NCBI GenBank assembly: GCA_030141605.1
Contig: JAQGDQ010001173.1
Span: 1-57,486, forward strand
Source of the DNA: Tubiluchus corallicola
Taxonomy: Eukaryota; Animalia; Priapulida
Direction: 5' to 3'
DNA length: 57,486 nucleotides
Positions 23,301-35,625 of this stretch are shown one piece after another. The position numbers were made by a program, and so were the translations under genes. Each line of letters opens with the position of its first letter. The first letter of the stretch is position 1. The notes beneath the pieces were generated by a model. It searched no databases. It was given only the letters and a program-made list of their open reading frames with translations, and had not been told where the DNA came from.

Positions 23301-26300
23301 CGCCTGATCACAATACAGGCGATGTGAGCGAAGTTTACTAGCCCAATAGGAAGCAGTCAAGGGCATAGCCAGGTTCTTGTTGTGTTACCAAATAATTTTT
23401 AACGCACTGATTATGCAGATTTTGATTTCGTGTTTATAATCAAAATACGAAGAAGATTCAGTTTTCACTTCTTCAGGACCGTAAAAGGACCTAAAATATA
23501 GGGGCACGGCTGATAAACTTAGGTAGTTGACTTCAGATTCTAATTATTCTGTTTGAGAAAAAGTTTTTAAAACAATCAAGTCGGCAGTGAGCAGCTGTGA
23601 ACCTGTGCTTACATTAGATAAAGGCACGTTGCCAAAAATACATCTTGGTCTATGGCACTATCTCCATGTAATATAGAAAAACACATTGTCAGATCACAGA
23701 GTATTCGACGAACCTCAAGTGGCTCAAGATTTGGAAATGCTAATCGGTCAGTGTATGAGATACTGTCAAGATTGCACTTAGCAAATGGCCTGTGATTTAA
23801 GTTCCGTGTGGATGTAAGTTATATCTGCTATAGCCTTTTATCATTTGAGAAGCAGTAAGAAAAGCTATGTAGAAAGTCTGTGCATTAATGATCATTTGTG
23901 GTTGGGTCATAGCACGCAGTTTCAATTTTGTGCAAAATATTTTGCATGGCTTTGCTATGCTGTCGGTGTTATAGGTGTCGACTATGTGACGTGATGTAGT
24001 GGGTTTGGTGTGGTATGTGTAATTGGTGTGAGTTGTTGTTGTGGTGAGTATGATGTGATGCAGTGTGCTGTGGATGGTGTGGTGTTGATGATGTGATGTG
24101 GGTAGTGTGGTAAGGGTTGTATTATAGCATGGGTGGTGTGGTGTAGAGTGATGTGGTGTGGGTGGTGTGGTCACTGTGGTGGGTGTCATGTGGTGTGGTG
24201 TGGTGTGTTGTACCATGGTGTGGTAGTCTTGGTGTGATGTGATGGTATGGTGTGGATGATGTGGTGTGGTGTGAGTGGTATGGGTGGGTGTGGTGCGATG
24301 GGTCTGTCATGGTGGGTTCATGAGCAAATTTTTGTCTGGGTTTTGCTAGTTATAAAAATGTTGTAATACTGATGCTAAGTTTATAACTGTCTTGGTTTAT
24401 ATAGAGTGGTTATTATTTTGAGATATTACTTACTATTATTATTAAAAATCATTATTTGTTATATACAGCTAATTACACATAAATAATTATATAATTATAA
24501 ATATTTAATGAGTATTAATAATATTGTTGCGGGCACCCTTAGTCAGGTTTGGCTTTGCGCATGTGCGTCATTTGTTATAAAAGCAGTGAGCACGTAGTTT
24601 TCTACGTCTCTGTCGTGGTTGTCACGTCCACCATTTCCTAGCAGTGGTTGTAATTTTGGTAGGTACGGCATAGTTTGAATCTAATTTATTATCTTTTGTC
24701 TTTCTCTCTTGTGCACTCCATGTTGGTAGAATGCAACGCGGTCAAGTGAAGGCTGACTGCTCGGCCATCTTTGCATCCCTTGACCTCCTGGCGGCTCCCA
24801 GGGGAGGGCTCCGCAACAAAATCCATTATTCAAAATTATACAAGCACTCTATTTGTGGGGCAATGGGATAGTGACTTACATTTACTACTTACATTTTTGG
24901 ATCATTATTAATCTCAAGAGCAATGTGCCCATCTGCAATTTTAAGTGTGATGGATTCGTCGGTATCAGGATTATCTTCATAAGAAATGAGAGTCATGGTT
25001 TGTGGATCAGTAGAAAAGTCCGCCTTAATCCACTGAAAAATAAAGTCAGTTTTTATACCAACCTCGACATTCCGCAACTGATATTGTAAATATTTGTATT
25101 TAATACAAATGTTTAAATAAAAGTTATTAATAAATTTCCCGAAAAAAGATTGAAACTTGTTCAATATAGAGAAAATAAAAAATTCTGCAACACAGAAACA
25201 CACACAAAAAAAACAAAATCAACGCAAAACAGCCATCATGGTTGACCTAAAGTAAGTGTAATAAACCATGAACTAATGCAATATTTGATAAACATTTCCA
25301 GTACAGAGAGTAACTTGTGGAATATAAATGCTCGCAATTAGTATGCCCCATCGTTTCCTATAAACCTGTTTCCTACTTTCGAGTTTAAACATTTTATGTA
25401 GGTTACGGTGGCCCAGTGGTCTAGACTAAGCAGATAGCGGGATACGCTTAAACCTGTGAGTAACATTAGTCCCTAAACCACGCAGACCAGCACAATCCTC
25501 CCTACTCCTGTGTACACAGACAAAGGTATAAGGACCATGGAATATTCCATAATCGGTAAGATTATTGTTAGAATGGTTGATACTGTCAGAAATCCTCTCT
25601 AAACTGTCTGAGTTCATTGGCCCAGATATACATATTTAAACATTATGTTCATATATAGTAAAACCTCGCTTAACAACTCTCCGTTTAACTACATTTCATT
25701 TTAGCGATGTTGAACATTTGACACATTTCTTCACTTAACGACACACTGTTTCATACTAACGTCATTTTTTACACTGCTCAAAGCCAATTTTTACTTTATC
25801 TACAACATTTTTTTACCTAATTTGATGCATTAAAACAGCACATGTTGCATTATTGTAATTAATTAGTTCTAATTAAATTAATATATATAAATATATATAC
25901 ATAAGTTTCTAAAATTGCACTAGTAACATAAACAGTGCAATTGTTATACAAATAAACATTTTTGCTTCCCGGCTGACCACTAAATGCAGGCGGTTTGTAT
26001 CAGGCCAGACTTTATGCAGGGAATTCTGCCTGCGACCTGTTGCCTTAGTTTCCAGACTAGATAAAATTTCAATGATTGCCCAGCGCTTGGCTTGAACTCT
26101 TCTGTAGAGGTTATTGTTGCCTACCCCCGAATGCTAACAAAAGAGAAACTGCTAGCTAGGTAAGTAAGATAATATAGGTAGTTTCAAGCAAGCAGAAAGA
26201 AACTAATCAGTAGAAACGTGAGTAACACGCTTAAAATTTTTAATTTACATGATTTAAGCAGTATTGATTTTGACTCTGGATTCCATCTCTGTTCTTTCAC

Positions 26301-27113
26301 TTTATCTTCTATGGAAGTCTTGGCGTCCTTTATCCATGTTTCGCATAACGTTGCATAAGCGTCGTTAAGCGAGTACTTATAGTAAATAACCATGCGTTTT
26401 GGGTTAAGATATACTAACCTGGTCCATTAAATTTATTTTTTTTCATATTACACACAAGTACGTAGTAATTAAAAAAACAAGTATTTACATAAAAATCATC
26501 AAAGTGAAACATCTGCTGGTAATTACCTGCTTGTAAGCTGCTCACAAGCACCAGCCAAAAAGCAAAAATCTATTTAAGTCCACAAAGGCATTTAAATAAA
26601 GTTTTCACATTTTAAAAATACGTGCAAGCAAAATGCACGTGTTCGCGCACACATGACAAACGAACGACCCAATGCTTCGCATTCCGGATTAGTCTAAGAA
26701 TCGTTAAGTAAATAAATTAGCGTTTTGTACCTGACATGTAGTTAAAGCTTCGATTGTATCCGGTGGTGAATCAAATTGGATTGCATTAGTGCTGGATTGT
26801 TGTGCGAATCTTACCACAAACGGATCTCGAACTTCTCGAACATACGTGACTAAAAATAAACGAAAAATTTCAGTAATCGGGTTTGCAAAGAAGTGACTAT
26901 TTAACCACATAAAGCTGCATGATCTTTACTTACGATTGTCAAAAAGAGAGAGCTGAGATAACAATTCTTCCCTCTTTGCAGCATCTTCATGCAATTTGTC
27001 CAATTCTTCTTCAGTAAGATGATTTTCAAGGTCAAATGAGTTTCCAAGGTCGTAAGACTTCGGCGACAAGCTCTTCACCAAGGCCTCTCGAAATCGTGAA
27101 AATACCGTAGCAG
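20353..27113 (-). CDS. Pentraxin/LamG-like domain protein. Exons 27113-26934, 26849-26731, 25032-24893, 23000-22870, 22584-22408, 20564-20353; 5' exon(s) not identified
   Basis: Consistent GT-AG phases (1,0,2,1,1) give one open frame. Pentraxin motifs TTCQWIK, LISY, DGEWHHLCVSW, YID, GILVFGQDQ and SFVGDVTDLRMWSTLLTDEQI. Confidence 0.85.
20822..21372. repeat. 40-bp minisatellite, about 13.5 copies, in the last pentraxin intron
   Basis: Unit GATTGTAAATGAACAACACAAGACACACCAGAAACAGAAA. Confidence 0.95.
21412..22041. mobile_element. Putative PIF/Harbinger-type MITE
   Basis: TTA|GGCCAATTTCATAGTGAGGA ... TCCTCACTGTGAAATGGAC|TTA; imperfect TIR with a 3-bp TTA TSD. Confidence 0.5.
22636..22678. repeat. 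(CA)n(CGCA)n microsatellite
   Basis: Direct reading. Confidence 0.9.
23975..24320. repeat. Degenerate GT-rich (GTGTG)n low-complexity tract
   Basis: Direct reading; source of the His/Thr/Pro-rich ORFs in the track. Confidence 0.85.
24525..24818. mobile_element. Putative solo LTR (294 bp)
   Basis: TGTTGCGG...CCGCAACA 8-bp inverted termini (TG...CA); internal TATAAAA; GC-richer than flanks; TSD not clean. Confidence 0.5.
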
Positions 27114-27151
27114 CTGTTAATAAAGGAATTGACGAATATAATCAATTTTCA

Positions 27152-27400
27152 TTAAAGGAAGACAGGATGACTTGTCATATACAACCCCATTTTCAAGACT
27201 GATAAAAAGTTTATTTTAACACAATTAATACTGCAAAAGCGTTTCTGTAAATTACATGATAGATTAAAAACTTATTTAACAGCGGGCGAAGCCAACTATT
27301 GATGACATCACAAACTAACATAATTTTCAAGAGCAACCATATTGCATGAGCGTGTTGCACGTATTTACGAAAGTGAAAATCGAAGTACAGCAAAAATGTA
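27152..27400 (-). mobile_element. Copy of the TTAA/AGG-ended element also found at about 45960-46261, 36190-36350 and 48650-48790
   Basis: TTAA|AGGAAGACAGGA terminus; about 250 bp aligns with the reverse complement of 46030-46261. Confidence 0.7.
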
Positions 27401-28247
27401 TTGCTGTGCTCACGCATGAGCTGCTGAACGTGTGCAATTCGTCACAAACTAACACATCTGAACTAAATGGCATAGGCAGACGTATTTTGCAATGCATTTC
27501 AGAAATGGAGAAGCCAGTGCCCGCCTAACTAGCGAATGGCTAAATGCATGTAACAGGGAAGAATTGGTGGAGCGAACGTGAAATTGCATTTGTGTGTTAA
27601 TAATTCTTTCACGTAAGTCATTTTTCAAAAATAGTATGTTTCTTTCAATATTTTAAGGAGTATATTGTTTTCACCTACAGTTTAAGATTTGGTCCTGTTT
27701 TGTTTTAAAAACTACAATAAAAAACACACAGGTTACAAATTTGTGCACGACGACATAATATAGAATTCACAAAGTTAAGCCGCATTCACATTAATAAAAC
27801 TTTTCACAGTCATGTGCACGCCAAGTTGCTGTAAGTCAAAGGTTAAGCGCACCACAGTAACGCGCCTAAAGTACAACGGTCGCGTGAGTAAGGCAAAGCC
27901 GTCTGCCGCTTCAGTTCTGTAACTACAGTTGTTTCACGTAGACTTGCTTGGAAACAAGAAAAAATGAACTAGGTAAAGTTCTACCTAGTTGTCACAACTG
28001 TTACTATTACAATAGCATGGGCTGCGAAGCATTGTCAACAGTACACAAATGCGTTGTCTGGTACATTTCCACGTTCATCATCTATCGCTGGAAATGTGAA
28101 AAGGCTTATTATGAATGAACTGATAGCAGGCGTTAGCGTCATGCTGTTCTTACGGTGGCTTTTCAATTTTTTGCTAAAGATAATTCGCACAGTAGTTCAC
28201 ACTGTCAGAGAGAAACGCCCCATGCGGTCATAAACGTAATTAGAACA

Positions 28248-28286
<39 letters not shown>

Positions 28287-28384
28287 TATTATCATTATTA
28301 TTATTATTATTATTATCATCATCATCATCATCATCATCCTCATCATTATTATTATTATTATCATTATTATTATTATCATCATCA

Positions 28385-28458
<74 letters not shown>

Positions 28459-28460
28459 TA
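28248..28460. repeat. (TAT)n/(CAT)n compound microsatellite
   Basis: Direct reading. Confidence 0.95.
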
Positions 28461-30619
28461 CAAACTAATCAAAGACATAATGAATAACGAATCAGAAAGT
28501 TCAAACAAAATTAAATATGCGTGATACAGATAAACAAAAAACTGGTTTATTATCTTTTCTCTAAACGGTTTAATTAAACCTGCTTCGTTAAGTTATAAAT
28601 TTTATACAGATAACATGATTTTTCCCGTGTTTTACAACCAAACGGCTCAGGCTGCATATTATCCTAAAAAGGGCCACATAGGTCCATAACCTGCTCTCTT
28701 GTGATGTGTCTGTTTAGGGCAGATTTTTATGATACGACCTTCTAACATTTCTGGTTTAATCTTAAGAGTTGAATGTCTCACTGGATAAATTTGTTGCGTC
28801 CTTAGGTCAGACTCCTACTCTTCGACTACGCCCAGTTCACGAGGACCGTAGATTCATGTTCCAGTGGTAACTGTTCTCTGTAAGTCTATAATTCTACCCC
28901 GCAGATTTCCACTTTAAAAACCCGTCAAAACAAAATTTACCTCGAGCACTACTTCCATCTCCAATCGCTAAAACACGAGGTGCTGCTATCAAATTGCAAC
29001 TCCAAATCTATAAAAGAAAATGCGTTGATACCAGATTTGATACATATTTTAATGCATTAGCACGGATATTGGAAGAAGGATGGTTAATTACTTTACAATC
29101 GTTATTGTTGTTGTTGCTGTTGCTGTTGCTGTCGTTGTTATTTTTTTATTTTAATTATTATGCCAAACACTTGTGCGTTTCACTTTATACCAAAAATTAG
29201 AGCCAGCACCACTCTTTCTATTTTGCCTCTTTTCCCAGTTCTCAACTTCGTCTTCTTCTTTTTGAATGGTCTATGTACTAGGTACAGTATAACAGGTATG
29301 TCTAAAGTCTTTTTTGTATTAGACTTAACGTCTTTTTTGTACTAGATTACATGTAATCATGTTTTAATTTAGTCATATTGTAATTTGTTTTCTCATTACT
29401 AAAACGTGGAACTAAAACGTAGTTCTCTTATAATAGACCAATAAACCATTATTACTAAGCATGTACTAATTACTCTTGTTTCATTGTCATTGTAAATTTC
29501 ATCATTGCAAAAATGTAATACTGATCAATAATTATGCGCATATTTTAATTACGTGTTCTTGTTTTCGATATAAATGTAAAAGTACATACATTTAGAAAAC
29601 TGCTGCAAATTAAACTCAATTCAGTATTTGTTTGCATCGATGAGGCGAAAGTAATTGAATTCAGGGCTCTCTGAGAGCATTTTTTACAAAAATTCAAACT
29701 TTGTACATAAATTTAAAGAATTTAAATTTAAAACGTTATAATCAGACAAAATATTTTTTCAAAGAATAAAAATCAACCATTCGTCGTAATAGACTTAAGC
29801 GTTTTCGATAGTCATCTATAACTTTTATTGGACTACGTGTGAGTCCTTATGTGGCGTCAGATCCTAAAATATCGATACTCCTTTACAATGTTGAGTATAT
29901 TTGAGGAAGTTACCTGCCAGCAATGTTTAGTAGCTTTCATTGTCTTCCGTTTAAAAAGTGTCCAACTTTGACCAAAAATCGTCTAATGTTCAATTGTCAC
30001 CATGAAATTTGACACTTTTGCAATAAAAATTGAGCCAAAACGCTGTAACTCTCACAAAAGTAAGAAAAACAAAGTAGCAAACGAAAGTCATTGTGCAGAT
30101 TTTTTCTTTTCTGACACAATGCCTTTTATCTGCGTTTGACGGTGACTTACCAAAAATAGAATTGAGCTCCTCATATTGGACTGCTTTCTCTGGAATATCC
30201 GCCCTGTACTTTACTTTCTTTTGCGTGTAATTCCTACAACTGTTTAGAGTGAATGAACAGCGTATAAGTCGTCGGTAGGCGGTTTGACAAAGTAAAATTA
30301 AACTGTCTGACCGAATCAAAGTAAAATTAAACTGTCTGACCGAAATGGTCTTTTATAAAGGCAGCTGTCATCTTGCTTATTATCATAGCATGAGTGAATT
30401 TATAAAATAGAGGTCATAAATACGCTTTTAGTTGAACTGAGACGCATGTAATTCAGGTTTAATACGCGTGATTAAATTTACGTGTATACATGTCATTATA
30501 AGTTTCCTGGAGTCGTGCACAGCATATAAATAACACGTACAAACATACTTTTACTAGCCGCTCTATATAAAATGCAACGAAAACTACAGAAGTCATGCAT
30601 CATAATTGAATAATTATAT

Positions 30620-31970
30620 TAGCAATGAAGTCGACGGTGCTGAAAGAGAAGATTCAAGTACTGCTTTAGCCACCCCAGTTGTATGTGAGTACGCTGCAGT
30701 TCAATCTGGTATGAACTTTAAATTTATATTCAGTTTACTGTCTAACTTCTAATCAAACTTTTTCTTAAATTTCAGGGAAAGTGGTCCTGTGTCGCAGGTT
30801 AGGGTTAGATTTTTAGTGTCGTAATCGTCTTGGAGATCTACCCAATAATCACCCAAATAAATTTCACTAACCTGTGTTAAACAAGACAGGGAGTGAAATC
30901 TTCCGGAAAACTGACTTATGTCTTTCAATCAGACATTTTGTATTATTGGTAATCTCACTGGTATCTCATTGTGCAGTTTTGTGCTTTTGTCTTAAGATGT
31001 ATTTCATTGTGCTTTTATATGTTAATTGTAGGTATTATTTTTCCTTTGTATTTTTATATATTATTTAATTTTGCTTATAGAAAAACAGTACAGCAGCACA
31101 GAGCAGCAGCAGTAAATTAGTAAGCAGTACCGAGATGTTGTGTAGCGCTGTGTAAGGCTGCAAAAATAATTGATTGTTATCGTCGTTGTCGTCGCCGTCG
31201 CTGTTGTTGTTGTTATGATCATCACCATCACCATCATTATCACCATCATTGTCATTCATCATCACCACCACCACCACCACCATCACCACCATGATCACCA
31301 CCACCATGACCACCATCATCACCACCATCACCATCATCATCTTTGACCTACCTAAAATCTGTTCCTCTTTAGGCAATAATAAATAACCGAAATTTGTTTT
31401 TGTCCAACTGCTTATCTTTTTGTTTATATACATAGTTCAATGCTAATTTCACTTACTTATGTTTTCTTCCAACATATTAGAACCCAGCTCTGTGTGTCCT
31501 AGTGGCTGACTTCACACACAGGACTTTGTCTCAAAGTCTTGAACTTCGGCAGCGTTCAAACATTTTATGAAGCAGAGGTTGCATGTCATGAAGAAGCTGA
31601 TGGACGCCTTAGTCACCTTGCAAAAGTTGATTCTCAAGGAAAACTTGCTCTAATTGAAGAGGATCTATTGAACCCTGATTCACATGAGAGAGTTGCAGAA
31701 ACTATTAGTTTGAATAGGCCATTATTAGCACATTAAGGTAACGCTTGTTGTCTTCCAGGCGTATTTTCACAAAATGTGACAGCAGCAAGCACTGGCAGTG
31801 AGCTTTACTCTGAACACACTTGAATGTTATTATGCTATTGAATGTACACATATTTAAAGAGTGGAAAATATTAACAGCGTTTTTGTGTTTCTTGAAATTC
31901 TGAACAGTTTCACAGCTGGATTTATCACTTGGGTAGCAACCATGTACATGTTGTATATAGCAACTGGTGG
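30620..31970 (+). pseudogene. C-type lectin domain pseudo-exons
   Basis: Exon from 31481: PSSVCPSG*(TGA at the Trp position), frameshift, then GLCLKVLNFGSVQTFYEAEVAC...SHLAKVDS. Fragments PVVCEYAAVQS|GT (about 30675-30710) and WIYHLGSNHVHVVYSNW (about 31915-31968). Confidence 0.6.
31180..31341. repeat. (GTY)n and (CAT/CAC)n microsatellites
   Basis: Direct reading. Confidence 0.85.
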
Positions 31971-32607
31971 TAATTTCTTTACACTTATTGATAAAACTGT
32001 TCTGTACAATTATTGATAAAATGTATATAAGTTATCAAACTTTCAGCCTGTGAAAAACCTGTTGCAAGTAAAGAAATTAATAAAACAATTATTGATTCAC
32101 GCACGCTAAATTCATGGTGGGAGTACTGGCTGTCAATTCAATAGCCAGCGCAGGGCAGACAGTTGTCGAATTTGGAATGTTAGGACGATTTCAATACTTT
32201 TCCCAAAATCTTATGAAGAAAAAATGCTGTACAGTTTTTATGTTGAACAGTTTTAGATACAAGCTATGATTTGGAAACTATAAGACTTTAAAATGAAAAT
32301 TATTTGAAAATTCTACTGACTTTTTGTATCACCGTGTTAATTGCGCAACTAAATATAAAATGTAAACATTCAGAAAATATATGGTTTTGCAATTAGGCCT
32401 TTAATGGGTATTTTTGCGTCCATGTAATTAAAACTAAGAACAAGTCACTCAGTGTTGTGTTTATTTACTATTATCTCTTAATCTTAGAAAAACATAGCAA
32501 ATAAATTCTCAAAAACTCTCTACCTAGTAATTAGCTATCTAATTTTCTTGTCAAAACTTATTATATCCTTGACGGGTATTGACAGTGAGTTAATTTTCTT
32601 CAGGACA

Positions 32608-32804
32608 AATGACGTCATTGGAAGAAGAATGGGCATTGAAAATGGGGTTGCCAAGCAGGAAATGATCACGACATTAAACTGATTTTACTAATTACCCGAG
32701 GCGGTTATCACACTTGTATTACTAAATCCTTCTAAATTTATTACTAAATTTTTCGCAGCCATTGAAATAAGCTTAACTCTGCAGAAGGTTTGCCTTTTCC
32801 TTTA
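32608..32804. mobile_element. Dispersed repeat ending CCT|TTAA; second copy at about 42878-43066
   Basis: Shared blocks TGATTTTACTAATTA, TATTACTAAAT and CATTGAAATAAGCTTAACT plus the CCTTTAA end. Confidence 0.65.
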
Positions 32805-33599
32805 AAGAGGAGTGAATGCAAGTGAAATGCACGCATTTTAGCTTTATCTTAATAATAGTAAATTTTACCGTAAGTACGTCTGTAACATGCTTCATTTTTC
32901 CCTGTCAATCTGCAGAAGATGTGAGGGAGGAATTTCCTGCATTTTATTACTCTTCCATAAAGCCAAGGTTTCCCATATTGGTTCATACTGAGCCCAGGTC
33001 TTAGCCCTTTAGTCAGCTTAAATGTTTTAGGGACATAAGGTGATTTGTTTTTGGAGCTAAAAGAGAGATAGTATGATTTTTCACATATAAGATTAAGATA
33101 ATTTTTGGGTTGTACAGACTGGACCAAAAAAAACATGTGCGGTTCATTAATTTACAAAAAATTGTCGCACCAAATGAATAGAATGATAAATTTTTGGCAA
33201 ATGTGACAATCAGATGTCTGGGACGCATGTAGTCGATTTTGACGAGTTTAGCACCTTGGACGAGCAACTAACCTCATTGTTTTCCTTGTGATATGCAACA
33301 AATTTCACCTGCACCCATCTGCAACTTCACAAAATATTCTAAACAAACTATTCGTACCTGCAGAAGTTTGATGTTTTGGTAACGAATGTTATGATGGATG
33401 CATTTCGCCTTTTCATTTATCAAGAAAAACCACGAGAAATAAATTACCTGTATTTCTAAAATGTGACTTAATAAATTTATGGTATTTTTCAGCTTTTATG
33501 CTGTTTATGTGTTTATACAAACGCATGGCTCAGTTGATTATTTTCCACCTGCTGTGTGTTAATATGTGTTTATATAGGTGTGGTAATAATATATATATA

Positions 33600-34060
33600 T
33601 ATTATATCCGTATCATTGAAAACACTCACGACGCGCACCATAGAAAGGGAATTATCCTGGATCAGCACCCCTCAAATGGATCACCATTTTGGGCTCAACA
33701 GAGAATCCATACTTCATAGACTGAAATTTAAATACTAATGTATTTTTACCAATTTTATCTAAATTATTTTTTGCCTATGACAACTCTATTACTTCATCCC
33801 ACTACTGTACTATTCATTCTGTATCCAGAGTATACAATGCATAATTTGAAGTCTGTGTCTAGTCATGCATTCACAGGTTCTTATAAATGGGCCTGTCACA
33901 ATATTTCCTTCTGTCATCTCTTTTGTTCTGATGAAGATGCCATGTACTGAAAGCTAAACATCTAAATTAAATTAATGTTGAAATATAACTGCTGTGTTTG
34001 TGTTTTTCTCTAGTGTTTTTGTTACTATATTGTGGACTCTCATCTGGACACTGGGAAACT
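33600..34060 (+). mobile_element. Penelope-like element 3' end (GIY-YIG C-terminus plus pLTR region)
   Basis: ORF remnant RTIERELSWISTPQMDHHFGLNRE matches the PLE endonuclease end RE..WI..L.T..P.GLN; followed by a hammerhead-like core. Confidence 0.65.
33924..33960 (+). ncRNA. Candidate minimal type I hammerhead ribozyme (degenerate stem II)
   Basis: TGTT-CTGATGA-AGATGCCATGTACT-GAAA-GC-TA-AACA: core CUGAUGA/GAAA/UH, stem I TGTT:AACA, palindromic AGCT at stem III. Confidence 0.5.
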
Positions 34061-34677
34061 AGGTTGAGCTATATTCTTCTAATAGAGCACACAGTTGACC
34101 AAGTTTCTTGAAATGAGCATCTAAGTAACGTTCCAATAATGTGCTACAAAACTGAGCAACATTTTATGTGTAGCAGACCACCAGCTTAATAAGCTTGATC
34201 TAATGGACGCAGCTGAAAAGTTTACACACACTTAGCAACATATTTAAGTCAATATAAGCAATTATAATGGTCTATGGTTATAGTGCTGCATGCATGTTTA
34301 CTAAAACATTATTACTGTTCAGCTGCTGCATACCAATAGAGCTACTTATGCATGTTGCACAATAGTTGCATTGCATTGTCCTCCATATGCACTTAGTGTT
34401 TATAGAAAGAAAGCTTGTATCATAGCTATTGTGGTTTTCAACGTTTATAACATTATGCCATCAATACTGTGTGAGAATGACCATCAAATATTACATGTTG
34501 TATTTATTACTACCAGCCTTTTGTCATGTATTTTCAGATTTATCATAGCAAGCCTTTGCAGTCAGAATGTAACATAAACGCTCGTTGAAAAACTAAGTGC
34601 TTGTTCTAACTCATTCTGTTTTTCGTTGTGATAAGTTATAGTGCTTGAAGTTTTGACTTATATTCTTGACTGTGGTC

Positions 34678-35625
34678 ATGAATTCGACTTCATTTTTGGT
34701 TGATTTTACTGCATCAAATGTAACAGAAATTGGGGCAAAGCATGAAGTGGTGATAACAGTTCTACTGTTCACATTGTCGTGCATTACAATAACAGCAGGA
34801 AACTTGTTAGTTCTGATTTCAGTTTTTAAGATTTCTCGTCTGCAAACTAAAACAAATGTTCTCATTGCATCACTTGCTGTAACTGATTTACTTGTTGGTT
34901 TATCAATGCCTGCAGAAATTGCTGCTGTGTTGTATCCGGTTTTGAGATTAAATCAAGTTTTTGCACTGGTGCAGTACATATTTCAATTGGGATTGGTGAA
35001 CTCAAGTATATATCATCTGTGTCTGATAGCAGCTGAAAGATACGTAGCTGTTGTTCGTCCATTCAAGTATCACAGCATCGCAAGAAAAGAAGCCATTGTT
35101 GCTGCACTTTGCCTAACATGGATTGTGGCTTTCGTCGAAGCAGCTATTAATGTTATTTTCAGAATCGTGTTCAAGTCTCAAAACTTTTTAATTTTCGATG
35201 CCATTTTGGCATTTTATTTACCAATGTTTATGATTTTTTTATTATACGCTTTAATTTGGAGAACTGCAAGAAGGCATGTGTTACAAATACACAGTCAAGG
35301 TCAAGGGAGCCAGGCAAACATGGTACAAATGAAAGCAACAAAAACTTTAGCCATTGTTACCTTTGCTTATATAGCATGTTGGGGCCCAGAGTTTCTGTAT
35401 GTGACGTTTTGTTACATAGTGTCCTACGAAAACACATATGATGACATATTAAAAATTCTATATGTTCTTGGATTGAGCAATAGCGCTGTTAATCCAGTCA
35501 TATACGCGCTTTCTAGCACCGACTTTAAAATGGCTTTCAAGAAAATTTTGTTTCCACATAAATTGTCAGGAAATTTCACTAACAGCACTCAACTGACCAC
35601 CGTTGCAGAAGTGGAACATAAGTAA
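34678..35625 (+). CDS. Intronless class A (rhodopsin-like) GPCR, intact, 315 aa
   Basis: Seven hydrophobic segments; GNLLV, SLAVTDLLVG, ERY, FYLP, CWGP, NSAVNPVIY and helix-8 FK..FKKIL. Confidence 0.93.
   Translation: MNSTSFLVDFTASNVTEIGAKHEVVITVLLFTLSCITITAGNLLVLISVFKISRLQTKTNVLIASLAVTDLLVGLSMPAEIAAVLYPVLRLNQVFALVQYIFQLGLVNSSIYHLCLIAAERYVAVVRPFKYHSIARKEAIVAALCLTWIVAFVEAAINVIFRIVFKSQNFLIFDAILAFYLPMFMIFLLYALIWRTARRHVLQIHSQGQGSQANMVQMKATKTLAIVTFAYIACWGPEFLYVTFCYIVSYENTYDDILKILYVLGLSNSAVNPVIYALSSTDFKMAFKKILFPHKLSGNFTNSTQLTTVAEVEHK

Noticed and set aside
25400-25720. tRNA-SINE-like A box (TGGCCCAGTGG) and a pogo/Tigger-like TIR start (TAGTAAAACCTCGCTTAAC)
   Set aside because: No B box or cloverleaf, and no partner TIR found.
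28155-28487. Poly-Tyr/His ORF (and similar ORFs at 31061-31433 and 23797-24310)
   Set aside because: Translations of microsatellite or low-complexity tracts.
29880-29945. Candidate first pentraxin exon (minus, MKATKHCWQ|GT)
   Set aside because: Phase 0 donor does not match the phase 1 acceptor at 27113, and no linking signal-peptide exon was found.
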